A stretch of DNA of 20,000 nucleotides. Source: Chromera velia (lineage: Eukaryota). The stretch covers positions 116,441 to 136,440 of the forward strand of contig JAHBMJ010000068.1 of assembly GCA_018398765.1 (NCBI GenBank), written 5' to 3'. Under the pieces are notes generated by a model. That model saw only the letters and a list, made by a program, of their open reading frames with translations, searched no databases and was not told the origin of the DNA. The position numbers and the translations under genes were made by a program. This document shows positions 1-9,373 of the stretch, in pieces (positions within the stretch are counted from its first letter, which is position 1; each line of letters begins with the position of its first letter).

Positions 1-217
1 GAAAAAGAACCAAGACCTCGTCGACATTCGTCTGCTGCAGTGACTGTTTTTGGGTGCCCTCCCCCTGTTGCAACTGTTGTTCCAAGTGTTGTTTGAGAAC
101 ATCACGAAGTCTGGAGGCTGAGATGGAGGCAAAGCTTGACGCAGTCGCTGGAAGGCACTCATCATAGAGTTCCAACATCGCCGTAGCGCCCTCCATATTG
201 AAGTGGAAGGATAAGCA
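1..217 (-). CDS. Possible internal exon of an unknown gene running off the window
   Basis: Minus strand has a pyrimidine-rich acceptor (ttccgttttcattgtag, ending at 218). A stop-free frame follows to the window edge (CLSFHFNMEGATAMLELYDECLP...KQHLEQQLQQ...). No recognisable domain. Confidence 0.3.
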
Positions 218-655
218 CTACAATGAAAACGGAAAGTCAGAATGCTGATTCCACAGCGTTATCCGATCTATTCGTCTATGAGTAGGGACGGGCACTTTCG
301 TCTCTTGCCCCACAAGGCCACATCCTTCGCCCGTGACATTAGATCCTCTCTCACTGTCCTTCTTTGGGTTAGGATCAATACGCCGAGGTGCAAACCGAAC
401 GGACCCGGGCCCCAACACGCGTTTTTGATCAGAAAGTAGGCCTTTGGTATTTACATGTATACAGTATACATCAAAATCGTGCCTTCTCTCTCAATGGAAA
501 AACTTTGCACCCCTGCGCTTTCTGAGGTCCTCAGTGACAAGACCGTATGATGCGTAGGTCTCTACGTCCTGTATTGCAAGTACATTCAGCCACGCACACG
601 AGAATAGCCTTGCAGACGTGCACCTAGCTGCTTGCATGATAATATACTTTGATAA

Positions 656-725
656 CATGCATGCATGCATGCACAAGCATGCATGCATGTTCGAATTGCA
701 TGCATGATGCGCATGCATGCATGCA
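656..725. promoter_or_regulatory. Cluster of TGCATGCA/(ATGC)n palindromes, candidate ApiAP2-type cis-element array
   Basis: Several overlapping ATGCATGC runs within 70 bp. TGCATGCA is an established over-represented apicomplexan motif bound by an ApiAP2 domain. Function here is inferred. Confidence 0.45.
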
Positions 726-1329
726 ATATGCGAAAAAAAAAAAGTAAGCCCCCGTTTGCGCGCGTGGTGCGCGCACGAAACACAAAATAATCGGTCACAC
801 AAAGTCTTGTCGGACAGCGGTTATCATAGCCCCCCCTAGTCTGCCTTCAGTCAAACCTGGCTGCGTGATACTGAGTGACTGTTACCTCTGCGTGGTGTGA
901 CCCGTTTTGGGTTACGCGCTGGCTCTGACCATCAACAGACACCGCACCGTGTATGTATATATCCATTGACACATGAACATCACCGTACGCACACCTCACC
1001 ACACCCGCGTGGCAGGGGTGGGTGGGAAAAGAGCATCCGGAGGAGGCTTTTTAGCCGCCGGCTCTTGGGGGTGGGGGTTAATCGAAGCTGGTCAACCACT
1101 TTCACTTGGTCTCCTCTATGCAGGGCGGCGTCTGACAATCGAGATGCAGATTATCAATGCCGCTGGAGCGTTTTGATAGCGTTTAGACCTGTTTTTCCCA
1201 TAGACGCAAATCGGCATGCTTGTGCGGGTTTTTTATCCAGGACCTCACTAGATAACGCTACAAAGTAGACCAACACTAACCATGCATACTAGTGGGGGGG
1301 CTGGCCATGTTTGGCGTACCCGGCGTACA

Positions 1330-2260
1330 GGTGCACCCCGACTAAACTATAAACTATCATACATTATCAGCGGTTTCAAGTATCGAGAGATCGGAAGAAA
1401 TAACATCTATTTAGACGTGGCATGCATGACAAAACCTTCAATCATCATTTAGACTGTGTTTTGTATTTTCAAATCAAAATAGTAATTCATACTTTTTACG
1501 ACGATGGTGACTAAGAGTGAACACTAAATGAGTAAACAGAGAAAAGGCTTGCTCGACAAAGACTATGCATGATCCATGTTAAAAATTATTTTTTTAAAAA
1601 AATGCTAAGCCAGAAAAAAGAGTATCAGAGTATAATCAGGACAGTAGTTTCAACTAGTTTACATTAATTTTTAAATCAAAGGAGAAGATCTTGTTCAGAA
1701 GAAGAAAACATATCATAACACCAATCTACCCAGTCAACACCACTGGCAGTAAAAAATACTAGAAATAATGTTACAAAGCACCAAGAATACCTAAATTGTC
1801 CCTGAAAATTGCCCTCTTAAAATTAAGCATAATGTAAGACTGTAAGTTGATGCGCCGGGAGTGGATCACGGGGGAACTCGAAACCCAGCTCGAAACATAA
1901 AACGATAAATCTTATCCGATCCTATCTTAAGTAAAACCTAGGACTAGACATGACTAGACCTAGGAACCATGACAGTATCAACTCGAAAAACCCGGAAGAA
2001 CCTAGCTAGCAAAGAACTATCTAGAATCAAGGCTACCTAAACAGACTAACCTAGTTTAACGGCTATTTTCTAGCCACTGTAGCCAGCATTCCAAACTTAG
2101 TATTCTATTTAATAATTTTCTAATATCATCTATACTATTAGATGTAGACTGCATAAAAAAATAATGATGAACGCAGTAAATGCGCATACTAAATGACGAG
2201 TCATTGACGACTGAACCACTAGCTAAACCAGAATTACTGATCAAGTAGAATTAACCTAGA
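1330..2260. repeat. AT-rich, TpA/CTAG-enriched degenerate repeat island
   Basis: Abrupt drop in GC relative to the flanks, dense cta/tag words (e.g. ctaggactagacatgactagacctagg) and no credible ORF. Directly adjoins the LINE fragment. Confidence 0.5.
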
Positions 2261-3030
2261 GTGCCGAACCTAGCCGAACCTAGAGTTGCAAACAGATTAC
2301 AGCTTATTTTATTTGAAAAGGCATCAGAAAAAAGACCAAGAGAGGGAATAGAAATAGAGAAAGAAAAACTGGGACGGGTGTCCTTTTGTTATGGAAGGGT
2401 AGCACCAAGAGGAGAACACAGAAGGAGAGCAGCCTGCAGAGTAGGAGACAGGACGTTAGTAGGAACAAAGAGAAAAGTGCCAGAAAGAGGAGGGCAGAGA
2501 GTGCCGTTGGAGGAGAGACTCTGCCCTTTTTGCAAAGGATGGATAAAAACAGAGGTGTTGGAGGATGAGATCTATATACTGACTGAGTGTCCGATTTATG
2601 ATAGAGAAAGAGCGGACATATATAGAATATTAGGAGCAGACTGGAACGAGGGAAGAGAAAATAGAGCAAGAGAAGTTTGCAGAGAGAAAAGAGAAGGACA
2701 AAGAGTCTGAGGAAGACTACACACCGAGGCTCTGTTCAAATTCTTGATAAACAAAGGGCATAGTGCGGTGGATGAGTTTCTAAGGAGGGCGGCGTTTAGA
2801 AGAAGAGTGTTCAAGAAAAGCCCAGGAAGGTACGCACCTGGAAGCTCGTTAGATAAAACAGTGCTAGCACAGAGATACGGAGTGATCACAAAAAGAAAGG
2901 GAGGAACAGAAAGAAGAAAAAAAGAATACAAGACCATCCTAGAAGCAATAGAAGCAGGAAGACAGCTGACAGAGGGAGAAGGAGAAATCGCTGAGAGAAG
3001 AATAGAGAGAGGGCGTGTACAAAGCCAAAG
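2261..3030 (+). mobile_element. Decayed 3' fragment of a non-LTR retrotransposon (RTE/RTEX/L1-like C-terminal CCHC zinc knuckle)
   Basis: RVPLEERLCPFC-X13-[Y for H]-ILTECPIYDRER matches the post-RT knuckle consensus R.C..C...EDE.H.L..CP.Y...R. ORFs 2261-2710 and 2744+ share one frame split by a single TGA (2708-2710) and continue AVDEFLRRAAFRRR. No RT core is visible. Confidence 0.7.
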
Positions 3031-3774
3031 TGTCCTTTCGTCCTGTATCATTGGATCAATTTTTGGAGCAGTCCCTTCTGAGCAGCCCATAGACCAAAGC
3101 ATGCAAAGCACAGACAGATTGTTGTTTGTTAGCGGCCTGGGAAACCAGGAGGGCCACGAGGTGTGGTCTGAGCCTCAGCGATGAGGTACACCCCCCTGCC
3201 GTTTACGGGGGCGACCTCTATAAGACAAAACGGCGACACTGCTCTAGGGCACCATGTGCACTAATCTTTTTTCACTTATCACTTAATATAGCCAAGTGTA
3301 TTGCAATGTTGCATAACTTACGTAGATATGGAAGGACAAGAGTGAGGTGGACGTGCCTTAGGACGTGTCAGAAACGGATCTCAAATGCTTCCCCCCTAAG
3401 TAGATTCTCTCTGGCTTTAACCGCTTTAATTCAATCTAATTCTTAAAAAATAAATTAAATATTCCATCTTATTATGACTAGTATCATGATTATATATCAA
3501 TAAATAATTTAAAGCTCTACTCTGACAGAGTTTTTTTTCTATCATTTTTTAAAACTACTGGCAATATGAAGATCATATTGTACAACTAAAATTAACTTAA
3601 GAGATCCTCTAGCAGGGCCTTTAGTTTGGAAAAACCGTATTTATCTAACAGTCTACACTATAAAAATTTTCCCACGCTGAATCCCAGCGCCTAGGTTCAC
3701 CCTCCTCCTTTCACAATGATCCTTTAAGTTGTTCTTACTTCCATACAAAGACAAAAGGTTATTTTCTCTAACTT

Positions 3775-4189
3775 TCAACGTTCAGTAATGCTGGCTGCAT
3801 GATCGTTTCCTTTCCCTCCCGTCGTTTCTCCGTTGATCTCCTTCCCACTTTCTTCTGCAGGATTTCTTTTGCGCACATTCCCTCCCCCAAGGTCCCCCTC
3901 GTCGTTCACTGGGTCGGCAGATTTCTTTTTCCCTTTTGCATTTACCGTACCCCCTGCGCCTTTTTTGAATTCCCATTGGGGCCGTTCTTCCTTGTCCTCC
4001 ACTCCATTCATTCCGTTTCCCTGCACTGTCCCCTCCTTTCGAGAAAGAGAAACTGACTCTGGGGGAGGCAGGGGAGCTGCACGGCGCTTGCAGAAAACTT
4101 CAACAAAATTTGACAGCGTATCACCCCTGTACACATTTCGCACAACTGAGGGATCACCCCCCTCATCGGCAATGTCCATTCTCGCCCAC
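3775..4189 (-). CDS. DHHC gene exon 4 (C-terminal motif and charged low-complexity tail)
   Basis: Acceptor ccctgcag. Phase matches exon 3. Encodes WARMD...[16 protein letters not shown] and ends at TGA 3777-3775. Confidence 0.8.
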
Positions 4190-5409
4190 CTGCAGGGAGG
4201 CGAGCATGCAGTCAGCGACACAATCAGTGAAGGAGTCAATTTGGTCATCAATCGCGCGATCACTCTACCAAAAGAGCCATGAATGGATCAGTCGGCCAGT
4301 CGCAGGCACTCCACTTATCAAAGCAGGACAGAGGACGCGAAGGGTTCGCACGGAAACATGTGTGTGCGCACCAACATTTTTTCCCGAGCCGTGTCCGTGT
4401 TTGTGCTTTGTACGCACACCTGCCGAAGTGAATAGATCAATTCAGTGAAAGAAGGAGCCTGCAGTGTCGTTTCAAGTGTTGCGGTTGCAAGTTCTGTTGC
4501 CTGGCGACGGAGGTTCGTGGACAAGTGCTGCCGTGCGATGATGCTCAAAATGTTTAAATGAGACACAACTAGAAAAAAAAACTGGGACGCGCTGAGTTCA
4601 TCTCATTGGACGCCCGCTTGGACCTCCTTCTCGACTGAAAGAAACAAGGAAGAAAGAAAAGAACAAAAAAAGGAAGGCTGACTTGAACTTGTAGGACTCG
4701 TTTGTGGTCACATTCATGGAGGCCAGATAGAGGTGCCAGCCCGTGAAGGCCACCAGAGCGACAGCCATCACAGAACAAAGAATGAAGAGGAACATCACAG
4801 CGCCATAGTTGACCATCAAGTATGAAAACACAATACCCCTGCAGGCAGGCAGGCAGTCACACAAGACAACAGAAGGACAGGCAGGATCGATATGAACAGT
4901 CCAATAGCGTCTGCTTCCACCTTTCTCTCAGACTCTGTGTGTGTGTGTGTGTGTGTGTTCGTGCGTGCTTGTGCATGCCTGTCGGAAGACCAAGGAAACA
5001 CGCCCTCTATGATTGCATGCATGGAAAAGGGGAATCCGATGCTGACCAAGAGGCCTTGTATTCAATTCCCGTGGATGCATCCTGGAAGGTGGCCTCGAAA
5101 AGCCTTTCCTCGACCAGGATCGCACGGAGAGTCTGGAGGAGCACGAAAGTCCCGTACACGCAGAGAAAAGTATGCAGGAGGAGGAAGGTGAGAAACAGGT
5201 GATGGTTGCCCTCTCCCACACAGTTGGCAATCCAGATGCAGTGGTGATCGAATCTGCAGCATCCATTTATCCATCCATCCCTCGATCTCTCCTTCCATCC
5301 ATCCACCTATCATCCATGCATCCTTCTGTGTTCCCATCCCTCCCTCCCTCCCTCCCTCCATCAAACACACTTTCCTTCCATCTGTCATTCATCCACTCCA
5401 GAAAGAGAG

Positions 5410-5451
<42 letters not shown>

Positions 5452-5452
5452 T

Positions 5453-5492
<40 letters not shown>

Positions 5493-5606
5493 CAGAAGAA
5501 AGAGATGCAAAGAGACAGTCCGCACGTTCCTTCGACTGACAGTCACCGATATCAAGCATTGCATGAAACCAAAAAAGTCAGCAGGAAAGAAAAAACGAAG
5601 GCAGGA

Positions 5607-5658
<52 letters not shown>

Positions 5659-5808
5659 AAGAAAGAGAAAGAAAGAGAAAGAAAAAAAGATCGAAGGAAG
5701 GAAGGAAAAATGAATGAATGAATGAACGAACGAACGAACGAACGAAAGAAAGAAAGAAAGAAAGATCGAAGGAAGGAAGGAAGGAAGGAGGGAAGGAAGA
5801 AGGAAGAA

Positions 5809-5851
<43 letters not shown>

Positions 5852-5880
5852 GACGCAAGAGCGAAAGAGCGAAAGACCGA

Positions 5881-5913
<33 letters not shown>

Positions 5914-5960
5914 CGAAGGAAGGAAGAAGGAAGAAAAGAAAGAAAGAAAGAAAGAAAGAA

Positions 5961-6032
<72 letters not shown>

Positions 6033-6870
6033 AAAAAAGAAAGATGGTGAACGAGAACGCAACCACGGGAAGGCAGGAACAGAGACAGAGAAAAAAAAAA
6101 AAAAAACAGGCGAGGCAGGCAGATGCAGTCTTAGAGAGAGGGCGCGAAGTCAAACAGAAATTGTGACGAAAGCTCCTCCTAGCGCTTGGCACCCATCAGT
6201 CAATCAATTAACAAGAATAAAAATAATAATGTAGGCGAGAGAGAGTTGCTGTAGAAATCAGAGACAAAAAAAAGAAAAAGGATGGACCGGACGTCATTCT
6301 AAAAGTACGCGTCACTGACCTGCTCACGCAGACTTCACAGAGGCTGCAATGTTTTGACCGCGCTGGCTTGGCGGTTTTACACGTTTTGCACCAGCTGCCC
6401 TCCTGAAACACGACTCCGTCGTACGAATACGCCCGCACCTTCTCCTCCACATTGAGTGGGGTGACGATTCCCGGATCGCTTGCCGAGGCCATGAGGAACA
6501 CGGTCAGGCAGGCAGTCACGATAACAAAGCCTGCGTATGCGTGGACACTTGAGAGGAACACGTTCGGCAACAGCGGCTGCGCATAGAGGACAAAAGACAG
6601 ATACCCGCCCAAAACGACTCCCATGTAGAATATCTGCACAAGCGGGTTGTTGGTCTTGAAAAGGTAGTGGTATGTACTGTCCACATACTCAGGGCCTCTC
6701 GCCCCGCAGCAAAGGACAGTGGAGTTTCTGAAGGTCCGCGGGAAGACCACAAAGAGCCACTTGGAAAGGAAGTCCAGAAATGTCTCCCCTCTATCGGAGT
6801 CACCAAAGAAGAGCGCAAGCAACGCTGTAATCAAAAAAGGAATTCCCACAAGAACCAGCCCCAAAAGCAT
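3775..6870 (-). CDS. DHHC-type protein S-acyltransferase (Swf1/ZDHHC4/PAT17-like), 4 exons, ~442 aa
   Basis: Exons 6870-6320, 5253-5047, 4838-4683 and 4189-3775 join in frame (1329 nt) across three phase-2 GT..AG introns. The product contains [40 protein letters not shown] (DHHC-CRD), transmembrane helices, TTNE and [15 protein letters not shown] (C-terminal N.Y..G...N..EV-like motif). Confidence 0.92.
4683..4838 (-). CDS. DHHC gene exon 3 (TM helix and TTxE motif)
   Basis: Acceptor cctgcag, then [12 protein letters not shown]...[18 protein letters not shown]. Donor GTCAGC at 4682; an alternative GT lies 6 nt upstream. Confidence 0.85.
5047..5253 (-). CDS. DHHC gene exon 2 (DHHC motif)
   Basis: Acceptor gctgcag, then (R)[21 protein letters not shown]...YKAS(W). 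Donor GTCAGC at 5046. Confidence 0.92.
5262..6045. repeat. Compound intronic microsatellite (TCCA)n/(TCCC)n, (GA)n, (GAAT/GAAC)n, (GAAA/GGAA)n
   Basis: Direct reading. Fills most of DHHC intron 1 (5254-6319) and produces the spurious FFLS/RKKE ORFs. Confidence 0.95.
6320..6870 (-). CDS. DHHC gene exon 1
   Basis: ATG preceded by an A-rich context (acaaaaaaaATG). Encodes TM helices, DPG and the start of the CRD. Donor AG|GTCAGT at 6319. Confidence 0.9.
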
Positions 6871-7357
6871 TTTTTTGTTTTCTGAAAATCCGCACTTCCT
6901 CCAAAGAACAGCACAACAATGCTGTGTCCGGCCCGAGCTCTGGCTGTGATTGATGCTCTTCGAAAGCGTTCGAAGAGACGTGAAAAGGATCGAAAAAAAG
7001 GAGCCGCTTCTTGTATCGCGACGATGTGGAAATCTGGAGATGCGTATCAGCTCGTGTTCATCTCAGCCTAGAATCCCAGGGTACAGGTGATTGCAGTGCG
7101 AAATAGGCGAAGTAGATCATGTTGATCTGACGCATATACACATTCTGTCATCTATGTTCCGTCAATTTCTGTCATCATTCTGAGGAGACGGGATCGACTA
7201 GCTCCTGCAATCTCCACATGCAGTCCATCGTCCATGATCGTCCATGCAGGTCCAGCAGGTCCAGCGGGCCGCGGTGCATTCTTATCGCCTAGCTCTCCGG
7301 GCGTGGGGCATGCCTGCATGGCCCCGGAAAGCCATGGAAAGCCTGAATGCATGCATG

Positions 7358-7568
7358 CATTCCAGCTCCCACCCTACGAGCTTTGCTTTTACTAGGCTGG
7401 CTCGTGGGGCCGCGAGACATTCTTTACGCGTCTTGGCGAAGGTTTTACCCTCGACAAGCCGCAAAGACCACGACACTAAGCACTGACGCTGTCCGACTAT
7501 CGCGCGAGATGCTCTGCTTTGTCAGTCATGTCTGCTTAGTAGCCGTAGTCCAGTCTCCTCCAGCTCCC
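7358..7568. repeat. Split repeat B2 (element terminus), 211 bp
   Basis: Aligns without gaps to 7871-8081 with 10 substitutions by manual comparison. Confidence 0.95.
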
Positions 7569-7691
7569 TCTTAATTATTGTCCTCTTCTTGTAACAAACC
7601 GGTACAGCCTGGTTCATCACCTTTCGGTTTCACTGGCTGAGCAGCTTGTAATAACTCAAGAAGTGATTCAATAAAAAGAGTGGGAGGGAGG

Positions 7692-8081
7692 GTAGTTCAA
7701 ATCAGCGAGCGATTACGCTGTCAGGTAGAGTTGCTCTCTTTCTTTGATCTTTTCATCCGTTTCGTCTTTAGTTGTTCAAGCTTGACTTCGTCTGCATGCT
7801 ATTTTGTGCACGCGCTCTCCGGGGTCCGCCGGAACGCGGCGCCGACTCCGCTTCGCTACGCTTTACCTTCCATTCCAGCTCCCACCCTACGAGCTTTGCT
7901 TTTACTAGGCTGGCTGGTGGGGCCGCGAGATATTCTTTACGCGTCTTGGCGAGGGTTTTACCCTCGACAAGCCGTAAGGACCACGACACTAAGCACTGAC
8001 GCTGTCCGACTATCGCGTGAGATACTCTGCTTTGTCGGTCACGTCTGCTTAGTAGCCGTAGTCCAGTCTCCTCCGGCTCCC
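7692..8081. repeat. Internal fused A2+B1 repeat (circle-junction copy)
   Basis: 7692-7873 matches 11715-11896 and 7871-8081 matches 7358-7568. The two halves overlap at CAT 7871-7873. Confidence 0.95.
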
Positions 8082-9373
8082 GTGCTGAAATGCGGGCCCC
8101 CAGACTGATAAGAGCTAATTAAGAAACGTTCAGAAATTTAACGTAATTTGATGTAAGTAAATTTACGTTAACCGGACTTGATTAATTTGCGATAGATATG
8201 GCTTTTTAGTTTTTTTCATAATTTGACGGAGATCCACGTAATTTTTCTCAACCTGTGATAGTAGCGGGAAGGCCTTAAGGTAGAACATATCAATCAATCA
8301 ATCAATAATAATATGATTTCAGTCATATTTTCAGTCGTAATTTTTTCATTAGATGGACTTATAAAATAATTTTACAGTGTCTATGAGTACTTATCCTTTT
8401 AATACAATGTTTCTTTACTAATTTAAATTTTTTTACGAACCAGTTTTATTTTTAGAACCCCCAAAATTTTTATACACTCAAGGGAGCTTTTTTCTTGTTG
8501 CGGACGCATCATTTAAGTCGGTGAACACATAAAATAAGGAGAGGTACCTCTATGACAGACTGCTCTCACTTCCTCTTGAGCTGCCTTTGCTGAACGGCTT
8601 GCAGTCGTAAGACGAGATGAGATGAATTCGGAAAAAAGAAGCAAAAAACTAAGTGAGCCAGACCAGAACTGGACAGGACGCAGCTTTCAGCTTAAGTTTG
8701 CATTGCTCAAACAGAAAACAACAAGGCACTCAGAATAAGATGGTTCTTGAACTTTTGCATGACTGTCACAATGTTATGGAAAAAAATTGAAAATTGCTGA
8801 TGCCTTGGATGCGGCGCATGCATAAGGAAGAATGGGGATTTTGAGAAGGGATACAACGGCTTTCCTTCAAATGTGTTTAATGAGTAAGCCCTTTAAAGGT
8901 ATTGCAATTCATGGATACATGAACTCAGAGAACACGCGTTCAAATGCATGAAGTCCTGTCAATCATAACTCCATCTGACAAGGTTTCGATCTATCAGGAA
9001 CGGACGATCAAGAAGAGTCGAAAGAAAGGAACAGTGCATGGAGAGAATAAGATGAAAAGATGTCTGACAACAAACAGAAACGGACTGAGCGGGACCGAGC
9101 CTGGCACACAGCTCAGCTGACTCGTGTGCCGAACTATGAATTCCAGAAAAAGGGAAAGTATCAAAAACGAAACGCGTGAGAAAACATTGTCAGTCCAGTT
9201 CCCTCAATCGAATCAATTCAAAGGACAAGAGGACAAGAAAGTTAACTCTCCTGCTCTCCATCGATCTCGACGCAAGACCAGTCATGATGCTGCAGTGCCC
9301 ATCGTACTGCCATCACTATGTCCCCTCTCAGTGCCACCCTCTGCTCTTTGCCACTCTCTGCTCTTTCTTCTAA

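Noticed and set aside
491..802. MHAC-repeat ORFs
   Set aside because: Translation of the (ATGC)n cluster.
1850..1895. B-box-like GGTTTCGAGTTCC on the minus strand (tRNA or SINE?)
   Set aside because: No cloverleaf, A-box spacing or acceptor stem could be built.
5172..6234. Long ORFs rich in FFLS or RKKE
   Set aside because: They are translations of the (GAAA)n/(GA)n microsatellite inside DHHC intron 1.
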